From Phaeosaccion multiseriatum (lineage: Eukaryota > Protista > Ochrophyta, other classes): a stretch of DNA of 64,000 bases. The position numbers were made by a program, and so were the translations under genes. The stretch is from positions 3,658,001-3,722,000 of the forward strand of contig OZ218955.1 in NCBI GenBank assembly GCA_965112735.1, in the 5' to 3' direction. Below the pieces are notes generated by a model. The model saw only the letters and a program-made list of their open reading frames with translations, was not told the origin of the DNA and did no database searches. Below, in pieces: positions 11,801 to 22,835 of this stretch. Within the stretch, counting starts at the first letter, position 1. Every line of letters starts with the position of its first letter.

Positions 11801-14800
11801 ACACCCACAGGGTCTGCCACGCCATCTCCTGCTGGAGGAGAAGAAGAAGGGGTGCCTCCTTGCTTCGAATCCCAGGTGGGTGCCTTCCTCTCGTCTCCCT
11901 TGATGCGCTTTCTGGGTCTTGCTTTTGACTTGGCAGCGAAGGCAAGACAATCTACATATACGCATGCACTGACTAAGTGCGAACCCTGTTCTACACTCTC
12001 GCCCGTTGCCGTGCAGGCTGATCTGGAGGCCTACGTCGAGGAGAATGCCACCCCCCCTGAGGAGGCGAGCTCCTTCACCGTGTGCCCAGACGCCCCCGAC
12101 ACACCCGCACCCACGGGGTCTGCCACGCCATCACCAGCTGGAGGAGAAGAAGGATTCCCCTGCTTCGAATCACAAGTGAGTACCTTCCCTCTGCTTTGGC
12201 GTGGTTGGCATGACCTGGACTTTGTCTGCGTTTACTTTACCAACCACACACTGACTAAGCGCGAACCCTGTCCCACCCTCCCACCCGGCCGCCCGCAGGC
12301 TGATCTGGAGGCCTACGTGGAGGAGAATGCCACGCCCCCCGAGGAGGCGAGCTCCTTCACCGTGTGCCCAGACGCCCCCGATACACCTGCACCCACAGGG
12401 TCTGCCACGCCATCTCCTGCTGGAGAAGAAGAAGAAGGGGTGCCTCCTTGCTTCGAATCCCAGGTGGGTGCCTTCCTCTCGTCTCCATTGATGCGCTTTC
12501 TGGGTCTTGCTTTTGACTTGGCAGCGAAGGCAAGACAATCTACATATACACATACACTGACTAAGCGCGAACCCTGTACTACACTCTCGCCCGTTGCCGT
12601 GCAGGCTGATCTGGAGGCCTACGTCGAGGAGAATGCCACCCCCCCCGAGGAGGCGAGCTCCTTCACCGTGTGCCCAGACGCCCCCGACACACCCGCACCC
12701 ACGGGGTCTGCCACACCACCACCTGCAGGGGAAGAAGAAGAAGAAGAAGGGGAGCCTCCTTGCTTCGAATCACAGATGAGTGCCTTCCCTCTGCTTTGGC
12801 GTGGCTGGCTTCGCCTGGATTCTGTCTGCGTGTACGTGCAAGCGAAGGCCAGACACTAACCACACACTGACTAAGCCCGAACCCGGCTCCACGCTCTCGC
12901 CCATAACCCGCAGACGGACCTGGAGGCCTACATCGAGGAGAATGTCACGCCCCCCGAGGAGGCGAGCTCCTTCACCGTGTGCCCAGACGCCCCCGATACA
13001 CCCGCGCCCACGGGGTCTGCCACGCCATCACCAGCTGGAGAAGAAGAAGGGGGGCCTCCTTGCTTCGAATCCCAGGTGGGTGCCTTCCTCTCGTCTCCCT
13101 TGATGTGCTTCCTATTTCTAGGTATTGGTTTTGACTTGGCAGCGAAGGCAAGACAACCTACATATACACATGCACTGACAAAGCGCGAACCCTGTCCTAC
13201 ACTCTCGCCCATTGCCGTCCAGGCCGATCTGGAGGCCTACGTCGAGGAGAATACCACCCCCCCCGAGGAGGCGAGCTCCTTCACCGTGTGCCCAGACGCC
13301 CCCGATACACCTGCACCCACGGGGTCTGCCACGCCATCACCTGCTGGAGGAGAAGAAGGATTCCCCTGCTTCGAATCACAGGTGAGTACCTTCCCTCTCC
13401 TTTGGCGTGGTTGGTATGACTTGGACTTTGTATGCGTGTACGTGCAAGCGAAGCCCAGATACCAGCCACACACTGACTCAGCGCGAACCCTGTCTCACCC
13501 TCCCACCCGGCCGTCCGCAGGCTGATCTGGAGGCCTACGTCGAGGAGAATGCCACGCCCCCCGAGGAGGCGAGCTCCTTCACCGTGTGCCCAGACGCCCC
13601 CGATACACCTGCACCCACAGGGTCTGCCACGCCATCTCCTGCTGGAGAAGAAGAAGAAGGGGTGCCTCCTTGCTTCGAATCGCAGGTTGGTGCCTTCCTC
13701 TCGTCTCCCTTGATGCGCTTTCTGGGTCTTGCTTTTGACTTGGCAGCGAAGGCAAGACAATCTACATATACACATACACTGACTAAGCGCGAACCCTGTT
13801 CTACACTCTCGCCCGTTGCCGTGCAGGCTGATCTGGAGACATACGTCGAGGAGAATGCCACCCCTCCTGAGGAGGCGAGCTCCTTCACCGTGTGCCCAGA
13901 CGATCCCGTCACACCCGCACCCACGGGGTCTGCCACGCCAGCCCCCGCCGGAGGAGAAGAAGGGGAGCCTCCTTGCTTCGACTCGCAGGTGGGTGCCTTC
14001 CTCTCGTCTCCCTTGATGCGCTTTCCAGGTCTTGGTTCTGACTTGGCAGCGAAGGCAAGACAATCTACATATACACATACACTGACAAAGCGCGAACCCT
14101 GTTCTACACTCTCGCCCATTGCCGTGCAGGCCGATCTGGAGGCATACGTCGAGGAGAATGCCACGCCCCCCGAGGAGGGGAGCTCCTTCACCGTGTGCCC
14201 AGACGCCCCCGACACACCCGCGCCCACGGGGTCTGCCACGCCATCACCAGCTGGAGGAGAAGAAGGATTCCCCTGCTTCGAATCACAGGTGAGTACCTTC
14301 CCTCTCCTTTGGCGTGGTTGGTATGACTTGGACTTTGTATGCGTGTACGTGCAAGCGAAGCCCAGATACCAGCCACACACTGACTCAGCGCGAACCCTGT
14401 CTCACCCTCCCACCCGGCCGTCCGCAGGCTGATCTGGAGGCCTACGTCGAGGAGAATGCCACGCCCCCCGAGGAGGCGAGCTCCTTCACCGTGTGCCCAG
14501 ACGCCCCCGATACACCTGCACCCACAGGGTCTGCCACGCCATCTCCTGCTGGAGAAGAAGAAGAAGGGGTGCCTCCTTGCTTCGAATCGCAGGTTGGTGC
14601 CTTCCTCTCGTCTCCCTTGATGCGCTTTCTGGGTCTTGCTTTTGACTTGGCAGCGAAGGCAAGACAATCTACATATACACATACACTGACTAAGCGCGAA
14701 CCCTGTTCTACACTCTCGCCCGTTGCCGTGCAGGCTGATCTGGAGACATACGTCGAGGAGAATGCCACCCCTCCTGAGGAGGCGAGCTCCTTCACCGTGT

Positions 14801-16496
14801 GCCCAGACGATCCCGTCACACCCGCACCCACGGGGTCTGCCACGCCAGCCCCCGCCGGAGGAGAAGAAGGGGAGCCTCCTTGCTTCGACTCGCAGGTGGG
14901 TGCCTTCCTCTCGTCTCCCTTGATGCGCTTTCCAGGTCTTGGTTCTGACTTGGCAGCGAAGGCAAGACAATCTACATATACACATACACTGACTAAGCGC
15001 GAACCCTGTTCTACACTCCCGCCCATTGCCGTGCAGGCCGATCTGGAGGCATACGTCGAGGAGAATGCCACGCCCCCCGAGGAGGCGAGCTCCTTCACCG
15101 TGTGCCCAGACGCCCCCGACACACCCGCGCCCACGGGGTCTGCCACGCCATCACCAGCTGGAGAAGAAGGGGGGCCTCCTTGCTTCGACTCGCAGGTGGG
15201 TGCCTTCCTCTCGTCTCCCTTGATGTGCTTCCTTTTTCTAGGTATTAGTTTTGACTTGGCGGCGAAGGCAAGAGAACCTACATATACACATGCACTGACT
15301 AAGCGCGAACCCTGTTCTACACTCTCGCCCATTGCCGTGCAGGCTGATCTGGAGGCATACGTCGAGGAGAATGCCACGCCCCCCGAGGAGGCGAGCTCCT
15401 TCACCGTGTGCCCAGACGCCCCCGATACACCCGCACCCACAGGGTCTGCCACGCCAGCCCCCGCCGGAGGAGAAGAAGGATTCCCCTGCTTCGAATCACA
15501 GGTGAGTACCTTCCCTCTGCTTTGGCGTGGTTGGCTTGGCCTGGACTTTGTATGCTTATACGTGCAAGCGAAGGCAAGAGAATCTAGATACACGCATGCA
15601 CTGACTAAGCCCGAACCCTGTCTCACCCTCCCACCCGGCCGCCCGCAGGCTGATCTGGAGGCATACGTCGAGGAGAATGCCACGCCCCCCGAGGAGGCGA
15701 GCTCCTTCACCGTGTGCCCAGACGCCCCCGACACACCCGCACCCACAGGGTCTGCCACGCCAGCCCCCGCCGGAGGAGAAGAAGGAGAGCCTCCTTGCTT
15801 CGAATCCCAGGTGGGTGCCTTCTCTCGTCTCCCTTGACGTGCTTCCTATTTCTAGGTATTGGTTTTGACTTGGCAGCGAAGGCAAGAGAACCTACATATA
15901 CACATGCACTGACTAAGCGCGAACCCTGTTCTACACTCTCGCCCATTGCCGTGCAGGCTGATCTGGAGGCATACGTCGAGGAGAATGCCACGCCCCCCGA
16001 GGAGGCGAGCTCCTTCACCGTGTGCCCAGACGCCCCCGACACACCCGCACCCACGGGGTCTGCCACGCCACCACCTGCAGGGGAAGAAGAAGAAGAAGAA
16101 GAAGGGGAGCCTCCTTGCTTCGAATCACAGGTGGGTGCCTTCCCTCTGCTTTGACGTGGTTGGCTTGGCCTGGATGTTGTCTGCGTGTACGCGCAAGCGA
16201 GGGCCAGGCACTGCCCATACACTGACTAAGCCCGACCCTGCTCCCGCCCCATTGCCGTGCAGGCTGATCTGGAGGCATATATCGAGGAGAACTCCATCCC
16301 CCCCGAGGAGGCGAGCTCCTTCACCGTGTGCCCAGACGATCCCGTCACACCCGCACCCACTCGCTCCTTCCACCCGCCCACTCCCTCTGTCCGACGGACT
16401 CCCCCACCCACTTCTTGGCACTCTCCCTACTCTTCGTCCCCCTCCTCCTCCTCCTCTTCATCCTCATCCTCCTCTTACCAACCGCGCCACGGCTGA
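8809..16496 (+). CDS. Secreted Cys-rich mucin-like protein B with 23 tandem one-repeat-per-exon cassettes (roughly 1300 aa)
   Basis: Exon 1 8809-8845 (MMRRVCVAFAGL) and exon 2 9102-9301 (ASLTAACETDQDC...CRGCFVSQ). Phase-0 repeat exons start at 9424, 9760, 10060, 10423, 10814, 11113, 11411, 11711, 12017, 12299, 12605, 12914, 13223, 13521, 13827, 14130, 14428, 14734, 15037, 15343, 15649, 15957 and 16263. Each is preceded by CAG and a CTGAC/CTAA-type branch-like motif. Stop at 16496. Confidence 0.8.
9424..16361 (+). repeat. Tandem array of about 300-bp exon+intron units (23 copies) with a 907-bp higher-order duplication
   Basis: Each unit encodes ADLEAYVEENATPPEEASSFTVCPDAPDTPAPTGSATPxPAGxEEGxPCFESQ plus an intron. 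13223-14129 is near-identical to 14130-15036; the ORF track shows ORFs repeated at offset 907. Confidence 0.95.
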
Positions 16497-17169
16497 GGAG
16501 GCTATATGATGCTCATGACAGGCTCTTGACGCCATCGGACAAGTAGTGTGTGCTGGTTCCCATTTTTGCTTCAACTGTACATATATGATGAGAGGCTTTT
16601 TTGATCTGAAGGCCCCCAGCTTTACAAGCAAGGGGATAACAGTTCAGATGTAGCGGTATTGGTATTGCATTCTGCATGTGCTCTGTGTGCGCAATCCTAC
16701 TTGCCCTCCGCGCAGGCAGCCCATCGCTTACTCACACTCCTCTGCTGCCGACCAACTTCTATGCTTCCTCTGCCTCCCCTCCGATGGTCTCGCTTCCGTG
16801 AGTCCGACGGACGCTCCTTGACCTTCGTCATGCTGTGGGCGGTACCTTGAGGCCCGCACCTACTCGACGCTGCTGTCGCTGCTGCTGCTGCTGCTGTTGC
16901 TGTCGCTGCTAAAGAGGGATCGCATAGCCTTCGTTACGTTGGAATGTGGAGGAGCTGCGCCGCTTGTAGTGGTTTTTCGTGGGTGGTCGGGCCTCGGTCG
17001 CTGCTGTCTCTGCTGCTTCTGCTGCTGCTGCTGTAGCTGCTATTGAGGGACTGCTCAGCCTTCGTCGTGTTAAAAAGTGGCGGAGCTTGCACAACTTGCG
17101 GCGATATTTCGCTGTTTGTCGAGCCGTTGTCGCTGTTGTTGTTGCTGCTGTTGCTGCTGCTGAGTGGGC

Positions 17170-17873
17170 AGGTTGTAATAGGAGAAGGGCTCCGTGCTAC
17201 TGGTAGGTGTGGGCGTGACTCTTGCTTGCCGGTGGGCCTCGTCGATAGCTTTCCGCGAGTCCAGAAGTGCGGATCATGAGTCCGATCCAATGCTTTGCCT
17301 CTCAACCCCCGGCCGGGAGGCGGCCTCCAGCGCTCAGTGACCACCGTGACAAGGAGCCTCTTACTCTCTCCTTGACTTGGCCTTGGCTCTGGCTTTACTC
17401 GACCTGGCCTGACTTGGTTCGGACTAGACTTGACCTTTGCTCTGGGCCGCTTGCCGCTCTCCCTCCCCGCCAGCGATGACCGGTGCGTGTTCTTCGAGGA
17501 CTGCTGCTCGGACTTCGACGCCCTGTGCGATGATGTCGTTCCCTCCTTGACCCCAGACGGTGAGGATCCGGCACCCACCCCCATACCAGCCGCTTAGACC
17601 CCTGATAGCGCCAGCGAAGCTCCGGGCTGCTCATGGTACATGTGGTGAGAAGCAAGTCAAACGCGCTGGAGGGGCTTAGACGTAGACCTCTCATGTGCAT
17701 GCCTATTTGACATCCTCCTGCGTATGTGTGTGCATGTGTGTGTATGCGTTGTATGTGTGTATGTGTGTGTGTGCATGTGTATGTGCCGCTCTCTCTCTCT
17801 CCGGCCTCCTAGCGCTGAGCCATGCACCGAGCTGGACGACTGCTGCGAGGACTACGACACTCTGTGCATCTGA
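17170..17873 (+). pseudogene. Somatomedin-B-like Cys-rich repeat gene remnant
   Basis: Splicing TG|C at 17202/17474 and 17635/17813 yields CYC-DDRC-VFFEDCCSDFDALC and CSC-AEPC-TELDDCCEDYDTLC, matching the SMB pattern CxCDxxCxxxxDCCxDYxxxC. There is an in-frame TAG at 17595-17597. Confidence 0.55.
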
Positions 17874-18231
17874 ACGTCTTCACATTAGAGATTGGCATAC
17901 ACTACATGATCTACGCACCCAAGTAGGGCACACGGTAGAGCGAACTTGGCAGAAGAAGTCCCTTAGCTACTTCTCTTCGCTCTAGCCGATATATAGACTC
18001 CCACAGGCTTCAGCGCTTTCGCAAACAAGCCAGCGCCGCCACCGCCTTGTCAGTTCTCTTGCCTGAATGATTAGGCGCCGAAAGATCGACCAACAAGGGC
18101 ATTCTACATGCAAAAGCCCACGTCTCTACTGTGTTGGTCGCATAGCACAGGTTTGAATGAAAGAGAAGGGACACCCCCGGGGATTCGCTGACAGGCTGAG
18201 ACTACCAGCTAGTTTGCTTTGTCTTCTCTCA

Positions 18232-20272
18232 ATGCTCTGCCCGGGGCATTCGTCTCGTGAGAGGCTTCTTGGGTGGGGCGCATCGTTGACTGCTCTTGCA
18301 TGGCTCTGTCCTATCTTTATCGGGGGTACCTTCGACACACCGGCCGGTGCCGATTGCGGCTACACGCTCGACTACAGCAAGTCCGTGATCTGGTGAGGCA
18401 GTGGGGAAAGAGCGGGAGAGCTAGAATATCAAGAAGGTAACGATTCCTGTATCTTCTTCTCGATGGCCTCGCTGCAGTGACTCAGAGGGATGCTCTGTCA
18501 GCCGGACTTTGCACGCATTGATGTGTACCTACCCGGCGTCTCCTTTGGGAGGAAACGAAGAGACCGGCACAGCCAAGTGTAAGAGATGCACTCTCGAAGG
18601 CGAGGTGCGTAAACACAGTAGGCAGAGTGAACCACGCTGGCCTTGCGATATGTTATGCCCCGAGCGGAGGGCCATGGAGGGGCTATTAATCGAGCGTTCC
18701 AAGAGCACTAAGCAGCTTAAACAAGCATGCGGTGACGAGGGCTCCTTTCTCTTCCCTTCAGCCTCCCTCGAGGACAATACATCCATCCGCTCATGCGAAG
18801 AAGAGCGACCTCGTACCGTGCACTCCCTGACTCCCTTCCCCCTACTCCCTATCAACCGACCCAAAACGCAGACGATCATTGCCGACTTCATGGCCCAGCA
18901 GAGCCTTGACCCCGAGTGGTCACGAGGGCCTCTCGGTGAGGATGGCGCCGGCTCTTTCCCTTGCTCAGATACAGACATGCCTTGGTCGACCCAAGCCTCG
19001 GACGACAGCGCAGCAGGCGACTCCGTTCACCTGCATCGTCGAGCTCCGCTCCAGCCGCCATCCTCCGGCTCTGATGCTGATGCCGACGCGAGCGGCACAG
19101 TGGCAACTACTTGGTCGGCGGAGGGCGAAAAGGGGGGGGCTGATGAGCCAGCAGCAGCGTATGATGGGCCTTTGACGTGTCCGAAAACCGGCAGTAGCCA
19201 TCCTGGTGATGAGGCCACTCCGACGAAAGCGCGAGGAGCAGGCGAAGAACACCGTCTCCTTCCCTTTCTGTTTCCTCTTCTCCTTCCCCTGTTGGTACAA
19301 GGGCACGCCGGCAATAGCAGCATTGAAGGGAAGAGCCAGGCCGGTGGCAGTGGAGAGAGGAAGAATGCCAGCCGCAGCGCGATGGAGGAGCCGTACAGCA
19401 GGTTTCGCTTCGACGCGGGCAGCGAGGCGCCCCCCGACAAGACTATCGCGACTCGAACTTCGTCCGCGAGTCCCCTCCCGTGGGCCGTGGGGGAGGGGGA
19501 AGTGGTGCTCTGGCCAAGCTCCCGTCCGCGCGACTCTCCCCACCCAAGCGTTGGTTCTTCAGCAGGCAGCAGTTTGACAACTGCGAGACACGTGGGTGGA
19601 CGACCACTGTGGGCGCCAGAGGAGCTCTTCACCAACCACACTCAGCACACGCTGCTGTCCGCTGAGACGACTGAGACCACAGACACGGCTGAGACCACTG
19701 AGACGGCTGAGACCACTGAGACGGCTGAGACCACTGAGACGGCTGAGACCACTGAGACGGCTGACACCACTGAGACGGCTGAGACCACTGAGACGGCTGA
19801 GACCACTGAGACGGCTGAGACCACTGAGACGGCTGAGACCACTGAGACGGCTGAGACCACTGAGACGGCTAAGACCACTGAGACGGCTGAGACCACTGAG
19901 ACGGCTGAGACCACTGAGACGGCTGAGACCACTGAGACGGCTGAGACCACTGAGACGGCTGAGACCACTGAGACGGCTGAGACCACTGAGACGGCTGAGA
20001 CCACTGAGACGGCTGAGACCACTGAGACGGCTGAGACCACTGAGACGGCTGAGACCACTGAGACGGCTGAGACCACTGAGACGGCTGAGACCACTAGGAC
20101 GGCTGAGACCACTGACACGGAGGGCTCGGGGTGGAGCGGCTCGTCGCTTGGGGCCACGGACGGACAATGGGACTCTCTCCGCGTCATAGCGGCGGCGGCG
20201 GGGCTGGCAGGGGTGGTGGCGGTGTGTAGGGCGGCGGCTGGGAGGTGCGGCAGAGTCCCTGCTGACTGTTGA
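18232..20272 (+). CDS. Cys-rich head + (ETTETA)n stalk + C-terminal hydrophobic segment: surface protein C
   Basis: Exons 18232 (or 18157)-18392, 18478-18604 and 18872-20272 join in frame: hydrophobic N-terminus, LDYSKSVICDSEGCS...LMCTY...KCKRCTLEGE|TIIADF...FPC, mucin repeat, then VIAAAAGLAGVVAVC. Confidence 0.65.
19662..20117 (+). repeat. 18-bp coding minisatellite GAGACCACTGAGACGGCT (about 25 units)
   Basis: Directly visible; encodes ETTETA; built from two 9-bp subunits. Confidence 0.95.
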
Positions 20273-22116
20273 GTGATTCCATTTCAGTACACTGCGCGTG
20301 TGGAGGACTTGGGAGGAGTGATTGATTGCTGTGCGTACGTGCTTCCGTATCTACCCTTCCTAAGGCAGCGATTCCTAAAGGGTAGTTGCGTGTTGCTTTA
20401 CATACGTAGTGTTGTCTACTTTGCATACATACAGTGGTGTGCTGCCGAACTACACCCCCATGCACATGCGCGAGGTGGAGCCCTTCACACGCTCCACTCC
20501 GCTCAGTGATTGCCCGGCTGGCAGACAGAGGAAATCCTTATCGGTCTCCCTCCCTACACGCCAACCCCTGCACTTAGCTGAGCTTAGCATAGGGTTAGGT
20601 AGGTAGGCAGCTTAGCTTCGCTAGAAACAGACGCGCACATGGACTCCGCTACCATGTCAAGCTGTGCGCGTCGTCACCTCCACTTCACATCTACCCCGCC
20701 GCTTGTCGGTCTCACTTTCACGCCGCAGCACGAGGGACTCCGAGTCGACACGACGGGATTGCCGAGGGTGCTCTGCCGTTCGCTCACTCCGGCACAGCGT
20801 TACGGAATGACTGAGACGGCCCTCCTCTGGCCCTGGCTGCTGGCCCCGCCCCCACCGCGAATAACGGTTTCGAACCCCGCGCCCGGGCCCCCATCCAGGT
20901 CGTCGCTCGACTCGCCCCACCTGCCGCTGCGGTGCCTTTCCATGATCACGGGACGAAGACGGTCCAAGCTCTCCTTTCCTCCAAGCCCTCCCAACCGCGC
21001 ACGCACCCACACCCGACGCCTCGGGCCCGCAGACGTCAACTCTGTTGTGACTCACAGGGGCCCGCATGTCGACGCCTTGGAGGTTGACCATGCCACCCCA
21101 TTCGCTCGTGCAGCCCTCACTCACGAGCACCACCGGCAGGCAGGCAGGCAGGCAGGAAGCTAAGCTCTCCTCTACCCCCCCGCCCCCTCCTGCTGCTCTC
21201 TCTCTCTGACCATTGACCTGATGCCCAGCGCCTTCTTCCTGACCCTCCTGAGTCCTGTCCCGGCCATGTCCGCAACACTACTCAGCCGCTGCTGCTGCTG
21301 CTCCCTTGCAGCGGGCACAGGAGAAGGGAGAGAAGGGTGGAAGGGAGGGCGGTGCGGTGCTAGGGATAGAGCAATGACACTCAGCACCACGCGCACCATG
21401 TCCAAGACATTGAATGGCCGTCCGTGTGTCCTTTTTCCCCTTCATGGTGAGGAAAAGCGCATGGAAGGAGGGAGGGAGGGAGGGAGGAGGAGGAGGACAC
21501 GATGGCAGTCGAAGGCAGTAAGGCAGCCTACCCGAGGAGTGACACCCGACACCTGACACCTCGCTCCCCCAGGGGTTGTTCCACTTTACAAAAACAAGGC
21601 ACGGGGCTTCAATAGCGGCAAACTTCAATTGACTTGCTCTATGTAACGCCATACATTTTGTGGCTATTCTTGTGCTACTTGCCGCTGACACGAGATGCGT
21701 GTGGTGCGTGTGTACGCTGAGCGCTGAGCACCGAATGAGTGACTGAGTGTGCGTGTGTTCTGCATGTGCGTGTGAGGTAACGGCCAAGGCGTGCTGCGCC
21801 TGCCTGTCCCCCTCCTCTCTCGTGATACACACAAAAAATACCCCACCAAAACTGTTGAGCCCTTTTCCCCCCCCCCCCACTATAAAACTAAAACTTCCCT
21901 CCCCCCTACATACATCTAAATGTACTAACGACAAAAGTTGGCGTGCCAGCGACCGTGAAATGCAGATAGAGACATCACAGCCTTCGTCACTGCCGAGAGA
22001 CGAGAACAACGTCATCGCCCCTCCGCCCCTTCTCCCTCCCTCTCCCTCCCTCCCTCCCTCCCTCCTCCTCCTCCTCCTCCTCCTCCTCCTCCTCCTCCTC
22101 CTCCTCCTCCTCCTCC

Positions 22117-22735
22117 TGTTGCGATATCCCTCCCGCGTTATGATACGTAAGCTGGCGTGTGTGTCAACTAATATATATTGTCCTTAACAGAGCCATAAAC
22201 GTAGTCCGGGGCCCAGAGCCCCAGAGTTGAAGATCCCAAGTGTGGACGTTATCAATATTGGGCATCCCACAGACCCCAATAATGATCATATCACAACACC
22301 CCCCTTGGATCGAAACTCACTCTCTCCTAAACAGTCAGCACACCTAAGATAGCAAGTAAAACACATGTAAAACCTCGCTACCTCAGTACCTAATCGCTAA
22401 TCACTAACCCAAGCTATCCCAAGACTAACCCAAGCTAAACTAAAACCCAAACTACTTCAGCATCTTCGAAACCAAGTACTTGTGCACTTGGGGAGAAAGC
22501 CTTTGTCATAATGTCCCCAAACTTCCTTCGTGTTCAGATACTGAAAACTAACGTGCCCGTGCTCAACGTGATACTGCAGAAAATGATACCGAATGTCAAT
22601 GTGACGCGTGCGTTTGGAGCTCGCGTTGCCATTTGCCAGATGAATGCACCCCTGATTGTTCTCAGACATCATCGTCTCCTCCAGAATCGTCCCCGGAAAT
22701 AGAAACTCCAAAAGACCTCGATGAAAGAGCACCTC
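22117..22735 (-). mobile_element. 3' remnant of a Ty1/Copia LTR retrotransposon (RNase H tail, PPT, 182-bp LTR)
   Basis: The minus strand encodes ENNQGCIHLA...SKRTRHIDIRYHFL, followed by a frameshifted DIMTKAF. PPT AAGGGGGG at 22306-22299 abuts an LTR (22298-22117) with terminal inverted repeats TGTTGTGATAT...ATATCGCAACA. Confidence 0.85.
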
Positions 22736-22835
22736 CTTCGTACTTGCTCTTGCTCTTGCTGCTGGTGTTGGTACTTCTCGGCGTCGCCGGTCTGCAGCCT
22801 CTCCTTCTCGTCTTCCTCCTCATCTCCCTCTACCA

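Larger units (their letters stand above)
17290..21135 (+). repeat. Segmental duplication block X, copy 1 (copy 2 at 28246-32043)
   Basis: Near-identical direct repeat from ctttgcctctcaacccccggcc to cacgagcaccaccggc; matching ORF pairs appear in the ORF track. Confidence 0.95.

Noticed and set aside
14442-15758. 438-aa antisense gene
   Set aside because: Shadow of the GC-rich repeat array; splice signals support only the plus strand.
9424-16361. CRISPR-like repeat-spacer array
   Set aside because: The repeats are about 160-nt coding exons, the spacers are homologous GT-AG introns, the context is eukaryotic, and no cas genes are present.
19662-20117. Synthetic origin, because each unit carries BsaI (GAGACC) and BsmBI (GAGACG) sites
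   Set aside because: These follow from Glu-Thr codons in a natural mucin repeat that has degenerate units and a genomic paralogue.
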